From Epithemia pelagica (lineage: Eukaryota > Protista > Bacillariophyta): a stretch of 64,000 nt of DNA. Below the pieces are notes generated by a model. That model was not told where the DNA came from, searched no databases, and saw only the letters and a program-made list of their open reading frames with translations. Position 1 is the first letter of the stretch. Each line of letters starts with the position of its first letter. Position numbers and translations under genes: made by a program. The stretch is taken from assembly GCA_946965045.2 (NCBI GenBank), contig OX337237.1:2604001-2668000 (forward strand). Reading direction: 5' to 3'. Below are positions 45,381-55,572 of the stretch, piece after piece.

Positions 45381-46129
45381 GATGAATGAAATCGGTGTTT
45401 TCGTGGATAGATTCTTGACTTGTTGGTTGTTGTTGGAGAGAATCTCAAGACGTTGTCGTTGTTTGTCTCTTGGTGGTGGTGAGAAGGAGAGTGGTTCTTG
45501 TTTTGTTCTGTGGAGGGAGGTTTGTCGTTGAAGAGAGGGAGAGGAGGAGAACTCGTTGGATTCTCTTTTGGCTTGTTGGTTGCAGTGTCTCGTCGTTGTT
45601 GGTCGTTGTCTTAGAGCGGTTCTTTTGCTCTCAAGGAAGGTTGTTGTTCTTGTTGTTCTTGTAGTTGTTGCAAGAGAGTCTCTAGAAACTCGCTCGCTCG
45701 CCTTGTCTTGTTTGGAGTGCCCAAAGGGATGACACCACAACTATGCTATCCTAAATCGTGGCTATGCACACTGAACCGTATTGAGTACGGGAGTTAACAA
45801 TGCGAATACGACATATTTTCGACGATCACGACATTCTCGCGACAGTCATCACGACACACAAGAGACAAAGTCGACTTGCTCCCATAGTCAGACGACATCG
45901 TCACGACAATCACGACGACAGGTAGATTAACGCTATATAATCTATATAAGCACAGGTCTCGCGTTCCGTCTTCTATCCACCGAAAGCAATCCCCGCAACA
46001 GCATCACCATGGCCAAGGGACGATTCAACAAAGGTAATGAATGCTTTCCGATGATCACTGGCTTCTACCAGACAAAGAGTTGACCATGCTAGTAAACTAT
46101 TTGGTTTTCCTACTTGTCATTTTTGTCTC

Positions 46130-46426
46130 CTAAAACCTATCATCTTCAACATTGTCGGGATCCTCGAAGCAAGGCTCTATCGGGTCTCCACTGTCAATGA
46201 TTTTTTCTTCCTGCTCAATTGCGTCGTCAGGTAAGTCTCCATCTTCAATGAAATCATAAGCCTTTTTCCCGGTTTGATCAAAACTTGGGAATTTCAAATG
46301 CAGCATTTTAGATAGTTTGTACCGGTTCCAATTGTTGGAATGCCACTTTCTGTGAGCCACAACTGTATGTGCGACGTCAAGCTCGAAATCCTGGATTTCC
46401 CAAGTGTCGTGTCCGTCACCGTGCAT
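46130..46426 (-). CDS. Short acidic hypothetical ORF, copy 2
   Basis: Identical translation to copy 1. Confidence 0.3.
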   Translation of the reverse strand: MHGDGHDTWEIQDFELDVAHTVVAHRKWHSNNWNRYKLSKMLHLKFPSFDQTGKKAYDFIEDGDLPDDAIEQEEKIIDSGDPIEPCFEDPDNVEDDRF

Positions 46427-46447
46427 ACCCTTGAGTGGTACGATCCA

Positions 46448-47332
46448 TTAGGATGCTTGGGATTGGGTCGTAGCTTTGCTGGCTCGCTTTCTGGCTGAAA
46501 CTTGAGCATTTATGGCATCATACCGAGCTTTCCGTTTCGATCCTTCCGGCGCGGCATAGTAAAGTTCGTTGTATATCCGCTCTGCTTGGTTTGTCAAAAC
46601 CAAGTCATTGCCCCAACTCTCGTCGAACGTTGTGATACTCTCCTGCTGGGTGGCGATCACCTCAAAATTCCCAGCTCGGGCCAGGTTTGAGAGATTGTAG
46701 CTCCCTAGCACAGTGTATGTGTCAGTAATGACTGATTTTACATCAAGGGATGCTTTGCTGCTGCTATTGGCCACAAAAGTAGACATGGCGACCAACCGAA
46801 TTTCGACATTCTCCAAGAGAGCCCTCTTGTTTCCAATCTCAGTGACCCACTTCGCAAGAGCTTTTCTGGTGTCCGTGGAACGATGCAGGAGAACTCGAAT
46901 TGTTTTTGAGCCGCCATGATGTGAGAGGAGATCAATGGCATACATATCGGTCAATGAGTAAGCAGTGACTCGAACAATGGAATTGTCTGGGGCGGATTCT
47001 AGAACCGCGGCAATGGCCCGGAGTGGATGGTCGCTGCGGGGAGTTTCATCCACTCTCTCGATGCAGTCTCTTGGACGTGGCTTCGCATAGTACGACAAGT
47101 TCTTGGTAGTCAAGCGGACAGCGGAATGGAACTTTTCGAGACGCTGCGGATCGTAACAGAAGCCAGACCGATGATTCTCGTCGAGTTGTTGAATGTAACG
47201 ATCGACATGCGGCAGAAATTCAGCTTCACCGTCCTCTTCGTCGCGTTCCTGTTCCGCGCCCTCCTCCTCTCTGCTGATATCTTCCAGTTCTTCCTCCACT
47301 GGCAAAGACGGAGGTGTATCAATTCCATCCAT
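46448..47332 (-). CDS. PLD/Nuc-like nuclease homologue, copy 2
   Basis: As copy 1; one residue differs (M vs S in FDE.WGND). Confidence 0.75.
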   Translation of the reverse strand: MDGIDTPPSLPVEEELEDISREEEGAEQERDEEDGEAEFLPHVDRYIQQLDENHRSGFCYDPQRLEKFHSAVRLTTKNLSYYAKPRPRDCIERVDETPRSDHPLRAIAAVLESAPDNSIVRVTAYSLTDMYAIDLLSHHGGSKTIRVLLHRSTDTRKALAKWVTEIGNKRALLENVEIRLVAMSTFVANSSSKASLDVKSVITDTYTVLGSYNLSNLARAGNFEVIATQQESITTFDESWGNDLVLTNQAERIYNELYYAAPEGSKRKARYDAINAQVSARKRASKATTQSQAS

Positions 47333-48235
47333 GGGTCTTGCTCTGCTGTTCCCTTGACACCACACCTACTAAGGGCTGGGGATACCGATCCATGTACATC
47401 TAAGTAGGCTCAGTACAAAAGCTACGTAGAGTACATAAAATCAAATAGTACACGTCACGCCGGAAATGGTCGGAATTTCAAACAAAAAATGCAAAAACGC
47501 TCGACAATGATGGCGAGATCCGGTGACGCCGTATGCATTCACCCATGCATCGCATAAACATCCAACCACCGTAAGTCCTTTGCCCTTACCTTTGAAATTG
47601 TTGTCTGAAATTACAGAAGATTTGCCAAGTTGGCTGAAAAGGTACGCTCATTTTTTTTCTGCAGTGATGAAATCGAACGACCGCCCTAACTCATTCATTT
47701 TTCAAGGGTGCCTGAATCAAAGTGAAAGCAAAGTTGCTCTAGTAGTAAAGATTCTTATTGTAAAAGTGATTCAGGCAGGCTCAATTGTTCAGGAAGTTAT
47801 TGCCATGGGGATGATGACTTCCATCATTGTCGAATGATGGCTTCCGGATTGCACCTTTTCTATCGGTGGCAAGTTTACGACGTGCGACTCGGTGTGACCA
47901 TCCGCCCCACTTCTTACACAGACGAAAAAAGTACTACGTAGGTTAATGTACTGAGCCTACTTAGATGTACATGGATCGGTATCCCCAATCCCCAGCCCTT
48001 ACCTTGCTACTTTCGTCAGACAGACGGACAGACAGAGAACGCCCTCGTACGGTGTACGGGTGCGATTGGGGGGGTACCTACCCCCCAGCGGGGGCGAGTA
48101 TTTACCGGTGAATTCCTATACTCACCCCCACGGCGCGTCCCTCGAAATCGGCGATTTTCCAACTTTGAGACAAAACCACATTCTGCACAACACATTCATC
48201 ACGGAGCCAACCTTGTCGTCCATATAACAACCATC

Positions 48236-50380
48236 ATGGACCCTCCCAATCCCATTCGACCACATAACATCGTTCCTTCGGCTGTTACAGAACATTCGAC
48301 GCACTTGGATCCGCACCCTTTCCATCCGACGACGTCCTCCCAGCACACTGAATCTGACACGAACCGAACAGCCAACAACGAAACGGATGTCCCATCCTAT
48401 GAAGCCACCATCGATGCCCTTTCCTCATTCAATGCCTTCTCGACCATCCCTTGTGATCCCTTGTCCAACGTTGGTGACCATCGGAAACTCTCCGAGTCCA
48501 TAATGATGTGCTTCAGCGATTGGCATGGCAAGACTGCGCGACAATGGCAAATCGAAGCTTGCGAAGAAGTTCTTTGCCGGCACCTCCACCGCCCGTCTTC
48601 TGCCCTTTTGCGTCCTCTGCTGCTTGTCCGGTCTACAGGCGGCGGAAAGTCGGCTGTAAGGGATGTCAGTGGTTTTCTCTGTGGCGGCATTACGCTAACC
48701 ATAGTCCCTCTGCTAAGCTTGTCAGCCGACCAAACGGCAAAGCTCTCCCAACTCGCAAGCGATCAACAATTAACCGGTCGGCTACATATTTTTAACCTCG
48801 ACGTACTCCGATCCAAGTCTCTCAATGACACTCTTCGTTCCAATCTGGAGAACTTATCGTACAAGTCAGCAACCAGAGTGTCGTTGTTCTCCTCCCCTCA
48901 GAAATTGACCAACGACCCCTTGTGGCAACAAACGATCTGTACTTGCTTCCGGAACGGTACCCTCCGGTTGATTGCGATCGACGAATGCCACCTTTATGCC
49001 TCCCATGGTGTGGAGTTCCGATCGGAATTCAGCGACTTGAAGAAGGTTCTTTTCCCAGTTGCCAACCGGCGGATCATCAAAGAACCCGTCCCAGTTCTTT
49101 TCATGACAGCTACCGCTTCCTCTTTGATGCTCCACGATCTTGAATCATTGACCGGTCTCTCTTTTCACCCAACCGACGACCTTGTGTGGCCGCGACACCA
49201 TTCCGGTGTCCAAAGACGCAACATCTTTCTTGATTTGACGTTCCAAGACTCGCCCCTTCGGCGAATCAAAAGGGACGTTGTAAAAACCTGCCACGCCTCT
49301 GGAGGTCGGAAAGTTATGGTTTATTCCAATTCGAGAAAGGCCATCACTCATCTCTACGAGCAAACCCGTTCTCATCTGAATATGCTCGGCATACAGAAAG
49401 ACCTATTGCTCGTTCACGGCCTTATGTTCCGTGAACAAAAGTTCCATAACACGGAGCTGTTTGTGGGGAAGCCACTAGTGGAGGAATGCCCCAGCTCCAA
49501 ACGGATCCTGCGCTTCGACCCAGTGGCTTACTTTGCAACTGCGGGTACTTCGAGCTCAGGTGTAGACTGCCATGAAGTTGACCGTGTGTTGTTTCATGGA
49601 TTTCCTCAGTCCATAGAGGATCTCCTACAATGTTCTGGGCGATGTGGCAGAGGCCCGGACGCCACTGCCCATAATTCTTCGTTCTGTCTCATAGTCAGTC
49701 TGAACAGCCTTGTGTCCCTTCTTACTCGGATCTTTATCTTACCCAAGTATGCGACAGAACAAAACACCAAGCAACCCCCTTCCAGCGAAGCAACAAACTC
49801 TCTTTTCTCTCCTGAAGCTCTTGCTATCCGTCAATGGTATAATGTCCGCCGAATTCTTGCTATCTTGTGCTTGGATGATGGTCAGTGTGTCCATTACCGT
49901 CTTGAACAAGAGATGCTTCATCCTCATAGCGATTCGGTTTGTGATCTACCAACGCATTGCGCTGGGGCCTGCTGGCGCTGCCGTACACCTCGGATTGCCA
50001 CACCTTTTGATGCTCCTTTCAATATCCAACAACTCAAACGATACCTCATTATGATGTTCATTACCCAAAAGCTTCCCCCCTCCCAACTGCTCCTACACAA
50101 GGACGTCTTCCTTGATGCCGTGATTGGATTCGAAACCGTAAATGCTGAAGGAGCCTCGACACGAGTCTTTCCTAAATCGGTGTTTGGTGTCACCACCAAG
50201 CATGTCATTAAGCAACGAACGAAAGCGCTCATTTTGAAGTGTTTCTGTGCTGGGATCCTTGAACCCGAAGTAGATGGTTCCAAGTTGCTCGCTAAACTCG
50301 GGTACTGCTCCAATGGCAATCCACGCCTAAATGACCCAATGATCTGGCAAGGATTCAAGGAACTCGATCCATCGGTCTAA
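48236..50380 (+). CDS. RecQ-like superfamily 2 helicase (714 aa)
   Basis: Motifs I STGGGKS, Ia IVPLLSL, II IDECH, III MTATA, IV VYSNSR, V ATAGTSSSGVD and VI QCSGRCGR. Cys cluster CAGACWRC (RQC-like Zn site). Confidence 0.92.
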   Translation: MDPPNPIRPHNIVPSAVTEHSTHLDPHPFHPTTSSQHTESDTNRTANNETDVPSYEATIDALSSFNAFSTIPCDPLSNVGDHRKLSESIMMCFSDWHGKTARQWQIEACEEVLCRHLHRPSSALLRPLLLVRSTGGGKSAVRDVSGFLCGGITLTIVPLLSLSADQTAKLSQLASDQQLTGRLHIFNLDVLRSKSLNDTLRSNLENLSYKSATRVSLFSSPQKLTNDPLWQQTICTCFRNGTLRLIAIDECHLYASHGVEFRSEFSDLKKVLFPVANRRIIKEPVPVLFMTATASSLMLHDLESLTGLSFHPTDDLVWPRHHSGVQRRNIFLDLTFQDSPLRRIKRDVVKTCHASGGRKVMVYSNSRKAITHLYEQTRSHLNMLGIQKDLLLVHGLMFREQKFHNTELFVGKPLVEECPSSKRILRFDPVAYFATAGTSSSGVDCHEVDRVLFHGFPQSIEDLLQCSGRCGRGPDATAHNSSFCLIVSLNSLVSLLTRIFILPKYATEQNTKQPPSSEATNSLFSPEALAIRQWYNVRRILAILCLDDGQCVHYRLEQEMLHPHSDSVCDLPTHCAGACWRCRTPRIATPFDAPFNIQQLKRYLIMMFITQKLPPSQLLLHKDVFLDAVIGFETVNAEGASTRVFPKSVFGVTTKHVIKQRTKALILKCFCAGILEPEVDGSKLLAKLGYCSNGNPRLNDPMIWQGFKELDPSV

Positions 50381-50423
50381 CAAACTTTCTTAGTATTAAC
50401 TACGTATTACATCGTCCATTTTT

Positions 50424-53400
50424 TCACGTTTCTATGTCCTCCTTGTACGAAGCCAGCATATCCATGCAACGGTCTAGACGATTTGCAACGCCTGTTGTCT
50501 CCCTTATATTCTCTGTCCATTCCACGTTCGACTGATCCTCCTCCATACCTTCCAGCCTATGGTAAAGCTTGTAGCGCAGGAAATGATGGTCTCTTTCCTT
50601 TCGCGCTGCATCCCATTGAAGGGACGTTACAACTTGCTTTTCCCCCATACGTTCCACGGCTCCTGCAATAAAATCTGTCGTTGCCATCCTATTCATCTCC
50701 ACAACCTTCATTCCCTTTATTGATGATTTCTCACGTAGTGTCTCCTTTGGTGAATCTTTCTTATCCACGGAATACTCTGTCTCTGGAGCACCGTCACTTC
50801 CCTCATCATTATCATCGTTGTCATCATCTTCGTTCGGAATTTCGTCTGCTTCCGCCTCCATATCATCAACTTGGGTTTCTTGCACTTCATCCTCGTCTCT
50901 TTCGTCTTGGACTTCGTCATGTTCCATGTTGCTTGTTGCCTCGGTATCCTCCATGGTAACTGTTGTATCAACAACAGTCTCTTCGTCCTTGTAGTAACAA
51001 GGAGCATCCTTCTCGACTTCGACGAATACCGATTCGTCGTCACTAAAGCACGTTAGTTCCTGGATTGTCGATGAACCATCGTCATCCATTACTTCAGCCA
51101 AGTCTATCTCTGAGTTCTCATCTGTTGTATCGCCCTCTTCTGCCCCATTCTTGCTCCCCTCCTCTTCATCTGGACCCTTGTCTTCATCTTCCTTGCACCG
51201 TTTAGATTTCCTCATGTTACGCATCATTGCGTCAACTTTCACTAGAACATACCTGTCCACCGCGTCGTTTTCAATTCGACCTTCGCCATTGCGCCTCACT
51301 TTCTTATGTACCTCCATTGTCGTCGCATCCAAAGCCCTCCAAAAGCGGTCTTTGTCGACCACAATATTGAGGTTCTCCCTTACATCGTGACATTTCGCAA
51401 GCGTCAAAATTTCTGTCACTAGAACACGATTCAATCGACTGCTTGGACGAGTTGTTGTTTTATTGCGTTGTCCTGGGTCCGCCAGTGGTCCGGTCTCAGT
51501 AGTAGGCGTGTCAATGTCAAACGAATTCTCTAACGACCGTTCGTTGAATTCGTACTCAGCGTCGGCTCTCGTGCGAGTGTAGAATTCCACGAAATGCTTT
51601 GCCCTCTGGCAGGCAGTGAGCATTTTGGAAACACGAACAAACGAAGCCTCAGTTCCGTTATGGTTCATACCTTTGAAAAAAGGCATTAAGCGCTCCATAA
51701 TCTGGTCAAGCGCACTCTCTTTCTGGAACGTGTAAGGTGTCCCTTTCTTTTGAAGTTTCGTTCTGTTGAGCCTGATGAGTTGCAGGATAGAAATAGGGAT
51801 TCGATGATAGTACATCTCAATAAGACGAAGCTGAGTAGCGAACGATTTATGTTTCTTTGTTGCGTAGAGTACTGGCAAATAATCAACAACAACAGCTTCC
51901 ATTGTCACCGCATCACCTTCTTGTTCTGCTTTACAAAATGCCAGGTACTTTCGCATAACAACCAGATAGTTGCATAGGTACCGGTGCAACCAGTCCTTTG
52001 TCTCACGGACTTGGCGGTGCAAATAAGCCACGTAGTCGTTGGCTACAAAGATAGCCAATCCATCTGGCCCTTGTGATTTGAGGATTCGCTCAATCTTTCC
52101 AAACGTCATGGTTCTGTTGATGAAGATGTCAACCATAAGACGATCCAGTTCCTCGAAAACAATAACGGCAAGTCGATGAGCTAAACGATAGGTGTGTGAT
52201 ACATCTTGGGCATCGAGACGCTTCCATTTGAGCCTGTGCTGGAAGCACTGGAGGAAGCCTCCATAGAACAAGCGGTAAACGGAATCCAACATATGAAACC
52301 TAACATGTAGGTCTCCGTTAATGGGGACAATCCGGTGTAGGACCTGCGTGATTGCCATGGCCTGTCGGTATGCATTGCGAAATGACATGGTTTTAGCGTC
52401 TGTGATTGCCATGACATCATCAAAGAACTGGAAGATGCGGTCCAGCGACAGCCCATCCCCAACCAAGAACAACCACTTCTTCTCCCATCCATCCACAGGC
52501 GCATAAATTTGGTCGGCTTCCTTGAAATACAAAAGACCATGTAGCACCATGAAATCTAATAAAATACCGGAAGCTCCAACTTTTGTGGTCTCGTCTAAAA
52601 CGGACACTGGTAAGATGAGCAATTCTGCAGGGGCAGGTTCATGACGCCAGGACCGCACAACACGTCTTGGGAACTGTCGTGCCATTTCAAACAGGTTTTC
52701 CTCACGATTTTTCCTTAGGCCATTCATGGCTGCCACAATAGCAGCCTTGCATGGATGAAGGGCGAATTCGGTAGGTTGTAGTGTATAATCAGACCGTTGT
52801 CCTGGCTTTCTTTTTGTTGACAGGTAACGCTTAACATTCCAAAGCTCTCTGCAAGTTGTGTTGAGTTGTTGGTATACCCGGACTCTCTTGCCAGAACAGT
52901 CGAACGGGTTGCCGTCCTTTTGCAAGTCTTCTTTATACGTCCCATGATATATGGATTGAATGACTTCCGCCGTTTGGAGGTCGAGTAATTGTTCCAAGGC
53001 AGGCATTTGGTAGGGTGAAGGGATGGCCTGTTGGAGGTAAGTTAATGCTGGCCGTTCGGTAAACGAATATACCCAGTCAGGGAAGATTGCCATGTGCATC
53101 GACATTAAGAATCTGGCTGTGACTTTGGTATAAATAGTGCTCTGTCCCTGCTGGAATTGGAGCTTCCGACCATCTTGTAGATTATCGAACACACACAACA
53201 GATGTGTCACACGTCGAATTGCTAGCTTTGTTCGTTGGTCATAGGATGAAAGCCACTCTTCTACCCTGCGTTCCATCGTTCGTTTTGAAACAGAGATTCC
53301 TAGCCACACAGGAATCTGTGTAGCTAAGAGTGGATGTCCACAAGCATACTGAGCGAGGGAGAAGATCATACCAAAAGGGACCAACCGATGATTGTTTGTC

Positions 53401-54053
53401 TTTCGAAGCTTCATGACAAATTGGAAGAACACGTCCAATGTGAAACGTGGACGCATGAAAATTCGCTCGTTTTCCGTAAGTTCCTCTTCGAGCTTTTTCG
53501 TGTAGCCACTAATCCCCATTAGAGTGTTGAATTGTTGGGGAAGCATTGTCTCGAAGTCCTTTGCAAATTGCCGAAGTTCATATTCCGATAGGAACTTTTC
53601 AAATACATTATTGAAGCGTCCAAAACAATCTTCAAGGCGCCTCATAACCCTCTTGTCAATGACTTCGCAAAAGGGCTGGACCGTAGATGGTTCTATGAGG
53701 GGCGGAGGAGGAATCGTCGCGGCGTGGTCTCGAAGCTGTTTAAGCTCTTCGTTGTGTAGAACCTTTTGCTGGGCAGCGAGGGCATTTGATTGTAGGTGTT
53801 GCCAGACACCTCGTAATTCTGCGAGCATAAATCGATCCCCTGTTGTTTCTTGCACGAGCCTATGAAGAAGAGTGGACCGATTGTCCCCTGCGTCTTTCAA
53901 AGCATTGAAAGTTGCAAGCCAGGGCCGTTCGGGATGGAAGTCGGCTTGGACAAATATGGCTTGGGGGTAACGAAACAACTCAAACCAGGAGAGATGTTCC
54001 TCAATACAATCAGAGGGGGGGGGGGGAGGAGACGCTGAAATCCATCGACCCAA
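50424..54053 (-). CDS. Academ-type putative DDE transposase, C-terminal 1209 aa
   Basis: Candidate catalytic motifs VFDNLQ, LVGDGLS, NGDLH..FH and ALDQIMER, plus a long acidic tail. Lies inside TIRs. Confidence 0.75.
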   Translation of the reverse strand: MGRWISASPPPPPSDCIEEHLSWFELFRYPQAIFVQADFHPERPWLATFNALKDAGDNRSTLLHRLVQETTGDRFMLAELRGVWQHLQSNALAAQQKVLHNEELKQLRDHAATIPPPPLIEPSTVQPFCEVIDKRVMRRLEDCFGRFNNVFEKFLSEYELRQFAKDFETMLPQQFNTLMGISGYTKKLEEELTENERIFMRPRFTLDVFFQFVMKLRKTNNHRLVPFGMIFSLAQYACGHPLLATQIPVWLGISVSKRTMERRVEEWLSSYDQRTKLAIRRVTHLLCVFDNLQDGRKLQFQQGQSTIYTKVTARFLMSMHMAIFPDWVYSFTERPALTYLQQAIPSPYQMPALEQLLDLQTAEVIQSIYHGTYKEDLQKDGNPFDCSGKRVRVYQQLNTTCRELWNVKRYLSTKRKPGQRSDYTLQPTEFALHPCKAAIVAAMNGLRKNREENLFEMARQFPRRVVRSWRHEPAPAELLILPVSVLDETTKVGASGILLDFMVLHGLLYFKEADQIYAPVDGWEKKWLFLVGDGLSLDRIFQFFDDVMAITDAKTMSFRNAYRQAMAITQVLHRIVPINGDLHVRFHMLDSVYRLFYGGFLQCFQHRLKWKRLDAQDVSHTYRLAHRLAVIVFEELDRLMVDIFINRTMTFGKIERILKSQGPDGLAIFVANDYVAYLHRQVRETKDWLHRYLCNYLVVMRKYLAFCKAEQEGDAVTMEAVVVDYLPVLYATKKHKSFATQLRLIEMYYHRIPISILQLIRLNRTKLQKKGTPYTFQKESALDQIMERLMPFFKGMNHNGTEASFVRVSKMLTACQRAKHFVEFYTRTRADAEYEFNERSLENSFDIDTPTTETGPLADPGQRNKTTTRPSSRLNRVLVTEILTLAKCHDVRENLNIVVDKDRFWRALDATTMEVHKKVRRNGEGRIENDAVDRYVLVKVDAMMRNMRKSKRCKEDEDKGPDEEEGSKNGAEEGDTTDENSEIDLAEVMDDDGSSTIQELTCFSDDESVFVEVEKDAPCYYKDEETVVDTTVTMEDTEATSNMEHDEVQDERDEDEVQETQVDDMEAEADEIPNEDDDNDDNDEGSDGAPETEYSVDKKDSPKETLREKSSIKGMKVVEMNRMATTDFIAGAVERMGEKQVVTSLQWDAARKERDHHFLRYKLYHRLEGMEEDQSNVEWTENIRETTGVANRLDRCMDMLASYKEDIET

Positions 54054-55572
54054 ATATGGGCAATTTCAGGAAGATGCCATGCTGTTGTGTCTCAGACATG
54101 GCGGCGATAACGTCGGGAATAGGCCGGAAACCAGTTACCGCGTCTTTATCTGGGTTCCCATTGACCCAACCAAGTACTTGCTTATAAAGACGTCCCTGGC
54201 AACGAACGGTAGGCACGTTGTCCGATTGCAACGTTTGTTTCCATGCATCGAGCCATTTCTTGGAGTACCTTGGTGGTAGAAGCTCGTCATGAAAGAATAG
54301 GGCAACCGGAGTCCCATCCTTGAGGAACCAAATGTCTTCGATGAGAAGGGTTCTTAATGAGAAAGACGTCACAAGATGCAATGACGAGTTGGATTGTTGT
54401 GGTGGCGGCTTCTGTGATGAATTGCCATCATCCTCGATTTCATGTTGCTTGCGTTTGTTGTTTTGTTGCTTATTGTAGCGTCGTTCTTTCGACTTCCCAG
54501 TTGGAGAACGGGCAACACCATTTGTGAAATTCTTGGCTCGTCTCATGAGTTGAGCACAATTGCCAGATGTCAATGTAAGGGTCTTTTTGCTGCCCTGGTG
54601 TTGTGGTGTTACAACAATCAGCGGTACATTTCCAAGAGACGGCCCAGGAACTTTACAAGCAAGGGGTTCAATCCGGCGTAGGGGCAGGAGGAAGGTACCC
54701 TCGGTGATCAGCCGCGCTCCAAAATTGGCCAAGGGAGGTCGAACCGGTTGGGCTCGACTTGTACCGGACAAGGAGGAAGACCCCGTTGTAGACGACACAC
54801 CAGCAGTCGTGGCATCGTGGGAGGCATTGGTGCCACCAAGGTCAGAGTCTGGTATATCAGAATCCTGAGGTGGAGTCGTATCATCAGGGTTGGTGGTTGT
54901 TTCTCGGTTGGTGGTTGACATGCTGGTGCTTGCTTGATCCTCGATTGCAGATAACAGGTTGGTCGATTTGGGAGGGGACGTCTGTGTACCAAATCGTACC
55001 TGGCCAAATAGGCCTTGCCGATGCCACAAGTTGAAGGAGGTGGACGACATCATGTTGGCATGGAGGGAAGGTTGGGTGCTTTGCTGGGGGTTGGAGTGTG
55101 CTTGTCGTCGGTTTGTATTGCCAGAAGGAGGTGACAAGGGGGACGCAGTAGGTAAAGAAGGATGGGGAATCGGGACAAGGGATGGAGGAGCGGCTGTCCG
55201 GGTGGAGGGGAGCGTCGAAAGGTCACTTGCAATTAAGGTGGAGGGCTCCGATGTATTGGTGTTGTTGTTGTTGTTGTTCAACTGTGAGACTGTGGTTACC
55301 GGAGGCGGTTCGGCTGCAGCGCTAGCAGATGACATGTCTTGGATGCAGGGAGGGGAAATGGTAGGATGCGACGAAGGATCAGGGACGGTATCCTGTATTG
55401 TCGAGACTGCTGGTTGGTTTTTGGCGAGGCTTGGTTGACCGTGTTGAGTTTCGCTTGTGTTGAGCTGTTCTGCACTCGGCTTGCGGTCATCCGCTTGCCC
55501 CAAAAGCTCATGAATCTCATGTTGAGAACGGCGGTGGCGTTTATGCGACGACGACGACATGGAGGAAGGCAT
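54010..55572 (-). CDS. Probable N-terminal part of the transposase ORF (S/T/P-rich, then globular)
   Basis: Ends in a C12 run overlapping the start of the next ORF; removing one C fuses them. First ATG at 55572. Confidence 0.6.
   Translation of the reverse strand: MPSSMSSSSHKRHRRSQHEIHELLGQADDRKPSAEQLNTSETQHGQPSLAKNQPAVSTIQDTVPDPSSHPTISPPCIQDMSSASAAAEPPPVTTVSQLNNNNNNTNTSEPSTLIASDLSTLPSTRTAAPPSLVPIPHPSLPTASPLSPPSGNTNRRQAHSNPQQSTQPSLHANMMSSTSFNLWHRQGLFGQVRFGTQTSPPKSTNLLSAIEDQASTSMSTTNRETTTNPDDTTPPQDSDIPDSDLGGTNASHDATTAGVSSTTGSSSLSGTSRAQPVRPPLANFGARLITEGTFLLPLRRIEPLACKVPGPSLGNVPLIVVTPQHQGSKKTLTLTSGNCAQLMRRAKNFTNGVARSPTGKSKERRYNKQQNNKRKQHEIEDDGNSSQKPPPQQSNSSLHLVTSFSLRTLLIEDIWFLKDGTPVALFFHDELLPPRYSKKWLDAWKQTLQSDNVPTVRCQGRLYKQVLGWVNGNPDKDAVTGFRPIPDVIAAMSETQQHGIFLKLPIFGSMDFSVSSPPPL

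Larger units (their letters stand above)
41738..48041. repeat. Tandem segmental duplication, unit 2
   Basis: See unit 1. Confidence 0.95.

Noticed and set aside
45381-45740. 120-aa N-terminal extension of the NTPase-REase ORF
   Set aside because: It is low-complexity sequence upstream of a clear signal peptide and is more likely 5' UTR or promoter. If translated, it would undermine the targeting prediction.
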